The notes below the pieces were generated by a model. That model saw only the letters and a list, made by a program, of their open reading frames with translations. It was not told where the DNA came from and ran no database searches. From Capsulimonadaceae bacterium (GTDB taxonomy: Bacteria; Armatimonadota; Armatimonadia; Armatimonadales; Capsulimonadaceae): DNA of 64,000 nucleotides. The stretch is from the NCBI GenBank assembly GCA_965215505.1, contig OZ244065.1, forward strand, positions 1,376,001 to 1,440,000, in the 5' to 3' direction. Positions 19,032-27,201 of the stretch are shown here, piece after piece; position 1 is the first letter of the stretch; the number at the start of each line of letters is the position of its first letter. A program made the translations under genes and the position numbers.

Positions 19032-19472
19032 TCAGATCTGCGCCGGGTCCACGGCGATGAACCCCGGATAGCGCCCAAAATCTTTCGTGTTGAACGTCAG
19101 CAGGCGCGTCACCCCATGCACGCGCAGGCAAGCTGCGATCCGCGCGTCATGCACCTGCACCCCGGACACGCCCACCTGAACGACGAGCCTGCTCCACTCG
19201 GCATATACGTCGGGCGTGTCGGGTAGGAGCGTGAAAATGCGCTCCATGATCCGCACCTGCTGATCCGCCTCAAGCAGCGTCAAGCCGAATCCACCCCGCG
19301 CGGAAGGAGGCCGCGTTGCGACGTTCCAATACTCGACGACGTTCTGCGGCAGGATGCAGACCTCTTCCCCAGCCTCGCGCAGCCGGCGGATGGCTCCCCG
19401 AACAGTGGCGTGCAAAGGGTCAGCTCTCTGGAAGAACCGAAGGAGCGCATTGGCATCCACGGCGATTGTCAT
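19032..19472 (-). CDS. vapC: PIN domain toxin (VapC family)
   Basis: [30 protein letters not shown]. Confidence 0.88.
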   Translation of the reverse strand: MTIAVDANALLRFFQRADPLHATVRGAIRRLREAGEEVCILPQNVVEYWNVATRPPSARGGFGLTLLEADQQVRIMERIFTLLPDTPDVYAEWSRLVVQVGVSGVQVHDARIAACLRVHGVTRLLTFNTKDFGRYPGFIAVDPAQI

Positions 19473-19723
19473 TAGTCGTGATCTCCGTAAATGCCTTCGC
19501 GCGACACGGCGTAGTCGCTGAGGGGCGGGATGGACGGATCAATCAGGTCCGCCGCTTCGTCGGCCAGCCGCTCCCACTCTTCATCCGGGATCGGCGAGCG
19601 CGGCGGCGCGGCCCACAGACCAACGCCCTGCAACAGATATTCCGCCACGTCCTGCCCGGCGAGTTCCGCGCGCCGCCGCAGGGTTCGTTCCTTGTCCGGG
19701 GGAAGGTCTATTGTGATCGCCAT
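19472..19723 (-). CDS. Putative antitoxin (VapB-like)
   Basis: Small acidic protein MAITIDLPPDKERTLRRRA...SREGIY with a TAATG overlap onto vapC; SD AGGAGG. Confidence 0.75.
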   Translation of the reverse strand: MAITIDLPPDKERTLRRRAELAGQDVAEYLLQGVGLWAAPPRSPIPDEEWERLADEAADLIDPSIPPLSDYAVSREGIYGDHD

Positions 19724-19805
19724 GCTGTGCCTCCTGAATTGCAAAGCCATCTTGCCTGCTTGTTCATTCCCAATTTTCGGCTTGTTTATCGCGTGTCAGC
19801 GTCAG

Positions 19806-20177
19806 TCACGCTGCGCTTTCTGGACTTTCGTTCCAACGCCATATAATGCCGCTGTTTTGACAGAAATTGGGGATGAGAATCGGTTCGGTGCCTTTCTCAC
19901 TCAGCAAGTGCCATTCGTCGGTCTCAATCAAGTCGAGGAACTGGGCTTCGTTCTCAGCGCAAAATCTTTCCCATTCCTCTTCCTTGCCCTCTTGTATCAG
20001 TTGATCCGCCGCGACCGAGTAGTCAATGTACCGCTGTATCCTGTCATGGATAGTAGCCCCGTGGCTTTCAGCGGCGGGGCAGAATGTTCCAAACAGATTC
20101 GGAAAGTCTGCATCCTCTTGGATGACGTCCCCGATCTCGGTGTCACGATAGAATAGCCGGTACTGCTGTTTTATCAT
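19806..20177 (-). CDS. Hypothetical acidic protein, lower GC
   Basis: 123-aa ORF co-oriented with its neighbours; AT-richer than flanks. Confidence 0.65.
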   Translation of the reverse strand: MIKQQYRLFYRDTEIGDVIQEDADFPNLFGTFCPAAESHGATIHDRIQRYIDYSVAADQLIQEGKEEEWERFCAENEAQFLDLIETDEWHLLSEKGTEPILIPNFCQNSGIIWRWNESPESAA

Positions 20178-20227
20178 CCTTGCCTACTCCGCCGTGCGCT
20201 CGGCGCATGAGCCAGGCCATCAATGCG

Positions 20228-20923
20228 CTATGTCCGCTCCTGGAAGGGGGGCCGGAAGGCGGGGAAGTCAACCCTCGACTTGCGCTTGGCCTGCCCGATG
20301 ACGATGTCGTCGCCGGGCTGGACCTGGAACGTAGCCTGGACGGCGGGGCTGGCGGCGTTGAGGACGATCACCGTGACGTGGCCGCCGGGGGCGGGGCGGG
20401 TGATGCGAACCTTGTCAAGCTCGGCCCGGTCTTCCAGCCCGCCCGCCTTGCCGAGCGCGGTGGCGAGGGAGATCGTCGGCGTCAGCAGGGCATACTCCGC
20501 CGGGTTGTGGATGCCCGGTCCGGAGACGGTAAAGGTCAGTTCAGGCGCGAGCGCGGGGACGATGAGCGTGTCACCGTCCAGCAGGATGGGGTCGGCCTTC
20601 GGGTCATCGGGGTGCTGCTTCGCCAGCGCGTAGTCGAACGGCCCGGCCTTCGTCTCCCCCAGGTGCTTGATGACGATCTGGCCCGTGTCGGCGTTCGGGA
20701 GGAGGCCGCCCGCCGCTTGGAGCGCCGCCCAGGCGGTGGTCTTGGCGGGGAGGCTCAACCGGCCCGGCCTGTTCACGCTCCCGCGAACGGCGATGTCTTC
20801 GGCATGACGCGGCGGTGGCGGGGCCGTCACAGCCGCCGTCTGCGCGGGGCAGGGGCAGCACAAGGACAGCACTGCCGGGAGCAGGCCGAGCGGGGTCAAT
20901 GGCCGCAGTCTTGGGTGTCTCAT
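20228..20923 (-). CDS. SLBB domain protein (polysaccharide export/Wza-like beta-grasp repeats)
   Basis: Signal peptide; two SLBB-like repeats (VRGSVNRPG..ALQAAGGL..DGDTLIVP; ALGKAGGL..PGDDIVI). Confidence 0.8.
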   Translation of the reverse strand: MRHPRLRPLTPLGLLPAVLSLCCPCPAQTAAVTAPPPPRHAEDIAVRGSVNRPGRLSLPAKTTAWAALQAAGGLLPNADTGQIVIKHLGETKAGPFDYALAKQHPDDPKADPILLDGDTLIVPALAPELTFTVSGPGIHNPAEYALLTPTISLATALGKAGGLEDRAELDKVRITRPAPGGHVTVIVLNAASPAVQATFQVQPGDDIVIGQAKRKSRVDFPAFRPPFQERT

Positions 20924-20956
20924 CTTTTCGTGCCTCCTCTTTGCCTGGGTGACGCT

Positions 20957-22699
20957 TCACTCCGCCGGGTGTTCTACCCGCGCGAACCACTTCGGCTCGA
21001 TGTCGGGGAAGACGCTGTCGCGGGCTTCGCACTCGGCGATGTTTTTCCAGTCGCCGACCGATAATTCCTCCCCGGCACCCAAACGGCGCACCAGCCCGGC
21101 CAGGGCCTGGAAGTTATCGTAGTGGTTGCGGAGGCGGACCTCGGAGTAGTCCTTAGCCCCGCCGGTGGAGATGCAGAACTGCCAGTCCGAGGCCATCAGC
21201 AGCAGGGCCTCGCGGGCGGCCTGCTTCAAGACCGGCGCGGCGGGCAGCTTGTCGCCATAGTCGCGGGCGAGGTCGGACATCTCGGCTTCCACCTCGTAGA
21301 CCAGCTTCCACGACCAGGCGGTCTGCTCGTTGAGCCAGATGTAGTGGAAACCGCCCTCCCCCCACGATCCTTCGGGCAGGGTCACGGGCAGGGTAGCGGG
21401 GTTCGCGCTCAGGTATTCACCGACGGTCTGGAGCGTGATCTCCGGGTCGAGCGCCATCTGCCTCAGCGTGTGATATAGGAACTGCGGGCCTTCAAACCAC
21501 CAGTGGCCGAACAGCTCCGTGTCGTAAACGGCCGTGATGATCGCCGACGGGTCGGATTGCGCTCTGAGGACGTCCTTCACGAGAGGCACGAAATGGGCGG
21601 CGTGGGCGGCGGCGCGCTCCTCGGCCTGGTGCGGCTCGTAGGGGCGCTTGGCGTCCATGTCCGCCTTGTCCGCGCTGATGCGCCAGTAGCGCAGGCCCAG
21701 CGACTTTTCCTTTTCCATGACGAACTTCTTGTGGAACTCCAAGTACCACTCGTCGCCCGGATAGCCCTGCTCGCCGCTCCAGACCTGATGCCCCGTCGCC
21801 GAGTCCCGCCCGAAGACGGCCAGAGTCGGTTTTTCCACCAGGCCCGACGAGTCCACGAGATATGGTCGGTAGGTGGTGTATGGCCGATATTCAACTTTGA
21901 CCGTCTCCTTCTGGAACTGCCTGTAGATCTCCTTCAGCGGCCCGAACTTGTCGGCGTAAACGCCCAGAGCCTCGCCGCCGTGCAGCAGGCTCCCTTCGAC
22001 GAAGAAGTATTGGATGCCGTTCTCTGCCAGGAACTCGTCCGTGCCCTTGCGCAAGACCGGGGCGCGCGGCACGTCCGGCACGGTAACGGGTGGTGCCCAG
22101 TGGTAACGGGGGCGGTAGGCGCATTCGGGCAGCCAGTAGCCGCGCGGCTTACGCCCGAAGTGGCGTTCGTAAGCCGCGATGCCCGTCTTCACCTGCGCCT
22201 GGAGGCTGGTGTCCTGGGATAGCAGAGCCGAGTAGCCGTGCGTCGCGCTGCTGGTGATGATCTCGATGTGTCCGGCATCTTGGAGTATTGCGAACGCGCC
22301 CACGATGTCGCGCCCGTATTCGCCCTCGAAGTCCGCCAGTGCCCGCCCGTACCAGTCCTCCCAGTAGCGCGCGAGGTAGGCCATGTGGTAGTCGCCGTCC
22401 CGTCGGAACTGCTCCTGGTTCGCCCGTGCCGCCTCCACTTTGCCGCGTAGGTAGTCCGACAGCTCCTCCTGGAAGCTCGCATCGCGCAATTGCTCGACCA
22501 GAACGGGCGTCAGGCCCAGCGTGATCTTCGGCGACAGGCCCTCGGCGACCAGCCGGTGGCAGGCATCCAGCAGGGGCAGGTAGGTCTCGGCGGCGGCCTC
22601 CGAGAGCCAGTCGGTGCCGTGCGGGGACCGCCCGTGTGCGAGGACATACGGGATGTGGGAGTGCAGGACGAACGAAAAAGTGCCGAGGGTTCGCGTCAT
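20957..22699 (-). CDS. GH57 1,4-alpha-glucan branching enzyme (DUF1957)
   Basis: LHSHIPYV, ETYLPLL, WLPECAY, YDTELFGHWWFEG, SDWQF. Confidence 0.92.
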   Translation of the reverse strand: MTRTLGTFSFVLHSHIPYVLAHGRSPHGTDWLSEAAAETYLPLLDACHRLVAEGLSPKITLGLTPVLVEQLRDASFQEELSDYLRGKVEAARANQEQFRRDGDYHMAYLARYWEDWYGRALADFEGEYGRDIVGAFAILQDAGHIEIITSSATHGYSALLSQDTSLQAQVKTGIAAYERHFGRKPRGYWLPECAYRPRYHWAPPVTVPDVPRAPVLRKGTDEFLAENGIQYFFVEGSLLHGGEALGVYADKFGPLKEIYRQFQKETVKVEYRPYTTYRPYLVDSSGLVEKPTLAVFGRDSATGHQVWSGEQGYPGDEWYLEFHKKFVMEKEKSLGLRYWRISADKADMDAKRPYEPHQAEERAAAHAAHFVPLVKDVLRAQSDPSAIITAVYDTELFGHWWFEGPQFLYHTLRQMALDPEITLQTVGEYLSANPATLPVTLPEGSWGEGGFHYIWLNEQTAWSWKLVYEVEAEMSDLARDYGDKLPAAPVLKQAAREALLLMASDWQFCISTGGAKDYSEVRLRNHYDNFQALAGLVRRLGAGEELSVGDWKNIAECEARDSVFPDIEPKWFARVEHPAE

Positions 22700-22737
22700 T
22701 AAGATTCGCCTCGCGTGCGGGGTGTTTGCCTTCGGCA

Positions 22738-22797
22738 AGGATAGCACTTTTGCGGGGGTTTGTCAAACTTGACACGCCCGCCCGCTTCCCGTATAAT
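22738..22797. promoter_or_regulatory. Back-to-back divergent sigma70 promoters
   Basis: + strand TTGACA-N17-TATAAT (22769-22797); - strand TTGACA-N17-TATCCT (22766-22738). Confidence 0.8.
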
Positions 22798-22852
22798 GGC
22801 GGCAGCCTTATCTGACATTCTTATCAGACGTCGGGAGCAAAGGAACACCACG

Positions 22853-23782
22853 ATGCCGAAGTATGATCTGGCGGGGAACCCGCTGCCGGAGCCTGCCTCC
22901 TCCTCCGCCGCCCCCGGCCCGATGGACGCCGGGCCGGCCGCCGTCAAATACGACCTGGCGGGCAACCCCCTCCCCGCCGCGTCGCCCCCGCAGGGCGGTG
23001 CGCCGTTCGTCCCCCCCGGCCCAGGCGCGTATGCGCCACGGCCCGCCGGCGGGCCGGCCTACCCCGCGCGCCCCGCTGTGACGGCCGCAACGGATGAGGG
23101 CGGGGGCAAGCGCGCCCTCTGGATGGGACTGGGCCTTGCGGTCGCGGTCGTCATCGGGATCGCGGCCTTCCTGCTCACCCCCAAGCACGGCGCGGCCCCG
23201 ACCGGCTGGACCACTTTTACCGCCTCGGACAAGTCGTTCTCCTGCGCCGCCCCCGGCGGATGGGAGACGACCACGTCCGACAAAGCGCAGCAGATGGTGG
23301 GCAAGGACCAGACGACCGGCGGCGTCCAGTTCCGGTCGGGCAGCGCCTCCATCGAGATTACCACGGACACCGTCGCGACGCTGATGTCCTACATCCTCGT
23401 CCACGGCAGCGGCGACACGGACGCGCTGACCGGTCCGAAGGCGGTTTCGCTGCACAAGCAGTGGAAGATCGCGACCTCGGCGATCCACAAAGGCTATAAG
23501 GAGACGAAGGTGGCACCCATCACGGACAACATCGAGGACGCGCGCCTGTCCGAGTGGACCGCGAACGGCAACGTCTTCGGGCTGGGCGGCCACGTCCACG
23601 GCTACCGCGCCTCCCTGGTCGGCGGCAACCTGACCGCCGTCGTGGTCTGCCAGTGCCTCGACTCGGACTGGCCCGCTCTGAAGCCGACCTTCCGGCATGT
23701 CATCGCCAGCGTCACCCCACCTGCCCCGCCGCCCGGCGCGGCCCCCGGCGGCCTGATGCCGATGCCGAGGATGGGACAGTGA
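22853..23782 (+). CDS. Single-pass membrane hypothetical protein with duplicated KYDLAGNPLP motif
   Basis: Pro-rich N-terminus, one TM helix, C-terminal extracytoplasmic domain. Confidence 0.75.
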   Translation: MPKYDLAGNPLPEPASSSAAPGPMDAGPAAVKYDLAGNPLPAASPPQGGAPFVPPGPGAYAPRPAGGPAYPARPAVTAATDEGGGKRALWMGLGLAVAVVIGIAAFLLTPKHGAAPTGWTTFTASDKSFSCAAPGGWETTTSDKAQQMVGKDQTTGGVQFRSGSASIEITTDTVATLMSYILVHGSGDTDALTGPKAVSLHKQWKIATSAIHKGYKETKVAPITDNIEDARLSEWTANGNVFGLGGHVHGYRASLVGGNLTAVVVCQCLDSDWPALKPTFRHVIASVTPPAPPPGAAPGGLMPMPRMGQ

Positions 23783-24004
23783 GGCCGGCCCGCCGCTTTT
23801 TCACCTGACATCAGGCTAGGCTCACCTCGCATCAGGGCCGCCAGCAGGATCTACTCTGGAAATGACTGTGGCCGGCGCTAAGTATCCTAACAGGCCCGCC
23901 GCCGCGCGCTCAACAAGCGGACACATCTCTGTTACAATGCTCACTGAGGCCCCGCCCAACGCGGCCCGCCCGTGTAATCCCTAGGGCCTCAGGAGCATTC
24001 GTAC

Positions 24005-24823
24005 ATGATTAGAAAAAAAGCCAACGGGAGCGACGCGGGCTTCACGCTGATCGAGCTGCTCGTCGTCATCGCCATCATCGCGATACTCGCGGCCATCCTC
24101 TTCCCCGTGTTCGCCCAGGTGCGGGAGAACGCCCGCCGGACGACTTGCCTGTCCAACTGCCGCCAGATCAACCTCGCCCTCACCCAGTACGTCCAGGACT
24201 CGGAAGAGACGTTCCCGATCAACATCTACCTGGGGTCTGACGGGGGTCCCGGCCCCTGCGTTTATCTCTCCCAGGTCGCGCTCACCCCGTACCTGCGGAG
24301 CGCGCAGGTTTACGAGTGTCCCTCCGACCCGAACCCGCTGGACTTCCCCAAGGCGATGCAGGTGATCGGCATGCCGCCCCCCTGCGCCGCCTCCCCCCCG
24401 GTACGGCTGATGAGCTACGTCCCGAACTTCTCGCTGATCGACTGGGGGAATCCCAGCAACTTCTTCCCGCCGGTCCCGGAGCGGGCGGTCAAGCGTCTCT
24501 CCCAGGTAGACTTCCCTTCGGAAACCAGCGCCTTCTACGACGGCGCGCACACCCTGCCGGACGCCTATTTTGATATCATGGACGCCCCCATCCAGGCGCG
24601 TCACCGCGGCCTGACCAACGTCTGCTTCGTGGACGGACACGCCAAGACGGTCCGGGCCACACCCTGGACGGACGGCGCGGGCAGGCAGATCGGCGGGCAT
24701 GCGCCGGACGGGCACGCCATCGTCTACTGGACCGTCACGGACGCCGGGCCATACCAGGGCAAGCACGAGCTGCGCGGGGTCCCGTTCAAGAACCCCGACG
24801 GGACATGGGGGCTGATGCGATGA
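24005..24823 (+). CDS. Prepilin-type N-terminal cleavage/methylation protein (DUF1559 / H-X9-DG)
   Basis: [47 protein letters not shown]. Confidence 0.9.
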   Translation: MIRKKANGSDAGFTLIELLVVIAIIAILAAILFPVFAQVRENARRTTCLSNCRQINLALTQYVQDSEETFPINIYLGSDGGPGPCVYLSQVALTPYLRSAQVYECPSDPNPLDFPKAMQVIGMPPPCAASPPVRLMSYVPNFSLIDWGNPSNFFPPVPERAVKRLSQVDFPSETSAFYDGAHTLPDAYFDIMDAPIQARHRGLTNVCFVDGHAKTVRATPWTDGAGRQIGGHAPDGHAIVYWTVTDAGPYQGKHELRGVPFKNPDGTWGLMR

Positions 24824-25026
24824 CCCCTCGTGACTTGGGCGCGCTGCCGCCCTGGAAGATCGCCGCCGCCCTGGCGCTGGCGACACTGCTGATCGGACTG
24901 ATCGGGTGGCGCATCACGACCGCCGCGCTGGGACCGACCCGCCCGGACCTGCCCGTCCATGCGGGGATGTATGACCTCCGTGCGGAGCTGCAAAAGGGCA
25001 CCGCCCCGAAAGCGGGAAAGCCATGA
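24820..25026 (+). CDS. Small single-TM hypothetical protein
   Basis: Overlaps both neighbours by 4 nt (ATGA); one hydrophobic helix. Confidence 0.65.
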   Translation: MTPRDLGALPPWKIAAALALATLLIGLIGWRITTAALGPTRPDLPVHAGMYDLRAELQKGTAPKAGKP

Positions 25027-26477
25027 ACAGCGTCATCTTGCAGGAGGCACCGCCGGCGCCCCCCGCCGGCACGGACGGCACCCCCACCCTGCCGCGCGTC
25101 CTCGGCCCCCTCGCCCTGACGGGGATCGGAGTCGGCGGGATCATCGGCACCGGCATCTTCGTCATGACCGGGATCGCCGCCCGTGACAAGGCCGGCCCGG
25201 CCGTCATCGTCTCGTTCCTCGTGGCCGCCGTCGTCTGCGCCTGCGCCGCGCTCTGCTACGCGGAACTCGCCGCCCGACTACCCGTTGCGGGTTCCGCCTA
25301 CGCCTACGCCACGGCGGCCTTCGGGCGCGGGCCGGGGTGGCTGGTCGGGTGGAACGTGATCCTGATGTACCTCGTCGCGGCGGCCTCGGTGGCCCAGGGC
25401 TGGTCACACTACTTCCAGGCCATGCTGGGGACGTTCGGGGGACACATCCCGGCCCGCTGGGGCGGGGCACCCTTTGACGTCAGCCCGCAGACCGGGGCGG
25501 CTTTGCCTTCCGGCGCGTGGCTGGACCTGCCCGCCCTGATCGTGGCGGCTGCGGTCACGGCGGTCCTCATCTGCGGCGTCCGGGCCAGCGTCCGCGTCAA
25601 TGCCGCCCTGGTCGTACTCAAGCTGGCCGTCATCGCGTTCGTCATCGGCGTCGGGGCGGCCCACGTCCATCCGGCCAACTGGCACCCGTTCGCGCCCCAC
25701 GGGTGGGGCGGGCTGGCCCTCTTCGGCGGGCCGGGCGGCGGTGGGATGCTGGCCGGGGCCGCCGTCGCGTTCTATGCCTACCTCGGGTTCGAGGCCGTCT
25801 CGGTCTATCCCGAGGAGGCGCGGCGGCCCCGGCGGGACGTGCCCGTCGCCATCGTGGCCGCCGTCCTGGTCTGCGCGGCCCTGTACATGGCTGTGGCCGC
25901 CGTGATCACCGGCATGGTCCCTTCGGACCGCATCAGCATCCAGGCAACCGTTTCGGAGGCGTTCCGCTCGGCGGGCCTGCCCTGGGCGGCGGGCCTGGTC
26001 GCGGCGGGGGCGCTGGCCGGGATCTCTTCGGTCCTGGTCATCATCATGCTGAGTCTGCCGCGCATCCTCCTGGCCCTGGGCCGTGACCGGCTCCTCCCGG
26101 CCGGGGTGTTCGGCGCGCTCCACCCGCGCTTCCGCACCCCCTGGCTGGCGACTATCATCGCCGGGGTAGTCATCGCCCTGCTCGCCTCGCTGCTCCCGCT
26201 CCGGGTCCTGGCCGACGTGGTCACGGCGGCGACGCTGCTGACTTTCATCGTCGTGGCCTTCGCCCTGCTGGTCCTGCGGCGGAGGCCGGGGGCGAGTCCG
26301 TTCCGCGCCCCCGGCGGCCCGCTCGTCCCCGGCGTCACCCTCGCCGCCTCCGCCCTGCTCGCGGCCTCGGTGCCCGCCGCGAGATGGCTGCACCTGGGGG
26401 CCTGGCTCGCCCTGGGTGTGGTCGTTTACCTGGCGTATGGCCGTCGGCGGAACGCCCCGGTTTCGGAGGAACAGTGA
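25023..26477 (+). CDS. APC family amino acid permease
   Basis: GGIIGTGIF, AGPAV, CYAELA, GSAYAY, AYLGFEAV, HPRFRTP; about 12 TM segments. Confidence 0.93.
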   Translation: MNSVILQEAPPAPPAGTDGTPTLPRVLGPLALTGIGVGGIIGTGIFVMTGIAARDKAGPAVIVSFLVAAVVCACAALCYAELAARLPVAGSAYAYATAAFGRGPGWLVGWNVILMYLVAAASVAQGWSHYFQAMLGTFGGHIPARWGGAPFDVSPQTGAALPSGAWLDLPALIVAAAVTAVLICGVRASVRVNAALVVLKLAVIAFVIGVGAAHVHPANWHPFAPHGWGGLALFGGPGGGGMLAGAAVAFYAYLGFEAVSVYPEEARRPRRDVPVAIVAAVLVCAALYMAVAAVITGMVPSDRISIQATVSEAFRSAGLPWAAGLVAAGALAGISSVLVIIMLSLPRILLALGRDRLLPAGVFGALHPRFRTPWLATIIAGVVIALLASLLPLRVLADVVTAATLLTFIVVAFALLVLRRRPGASPFRAPGGPLVPGVTLAASALLAASVPAARWLHLGAWLALGVVVYLAYGRRRNAPVSEEQ

Positions 26478-27046
26478 TGCGAATACAAAGCAGTCCCGAT
26501 CAGATCCAGAAGGCCCTCGATGCTACGGCGGACGACCCGGCCTGGAGCGCGAGCCGCCGGCTCATGGAGGAGGGAAAGATGCCGAGCGAGATGTTCCAGA
26601 TGCTCGCCGTCCGGCCGGACATCCTCGCCGCTCTGGGTGGCCTGGGCGCAGCGGTCTATCCTGGCGGCCTCCTGGAACGCGCGTTGAAGGAGCGGGTGAC
26701 GGTGGAAACGTCGCGCCTAAACGACTGTCAGTACTGCGTCGGCTCACACGTCGGGACGCTGCGCCGCATGGGGCTTGAGTCCACGCCGCTCCAAGAACCG
26801 CACGCCCCCGGCCTGACGGAGCGGGAGCGGCTGGCGCTGGCCTACACGCACGCGGCAATGCGCGACTCGAACCACATCCCGGACGCCCTCTTCGCGCAGG
26901 TCCAGAAGGCTTTCAGTGATGAGGAGATCGTGGAACTGACTTTCCTGATCGGTCTGACCGGGATGCTCAACCTGTTCAACAACGCCTTGCAGGTGCGCTA
27001 TCACGACGAGTATGGGGTGGAGGAGGGAGCGGAAATGGTGCAGTGA
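26477..27046 (+). CDS. Carboxymuconolactone decarboxylase / AhpD-like protein
   Basis: SRLNDCQYCVGSH CxxC motif, ERLALAY, FSDEEIVEL, FNNAL; TGATG overlap. Confidence 0.85.
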   Translation: MRIQSSPDQIQKALDATADDPAWSASRRLMEEGKMPSEMFQMLAVRPDILAALGGLGAAVYPGGLLERALKERVTVETSRLNDCQYCVGSHVGTLRRMGLESTPLQEPHAPGLTERERLALAYTHAAMRDSNHIPDALFAQVQKAFSDEEIVELTFLIGLTGMLNLFNNALQVRYHDEYGVEEGAEMVQ

Positions 27047-27201
27047 TCCGCCGCCCCTCGCCTTGCTGCAACTTTCGCCGCGCGCCGTTGTCACAGGGCT
27101 GGGACGCAGCGATGATCTCCCCGCACGGTCGGTGCCTCCCGAATGGTCCTCTGCGTCAGGCACGCCGCCCCGCCGCCTCTTTTCGTTCAGGAGGTCCGCC
27201 C

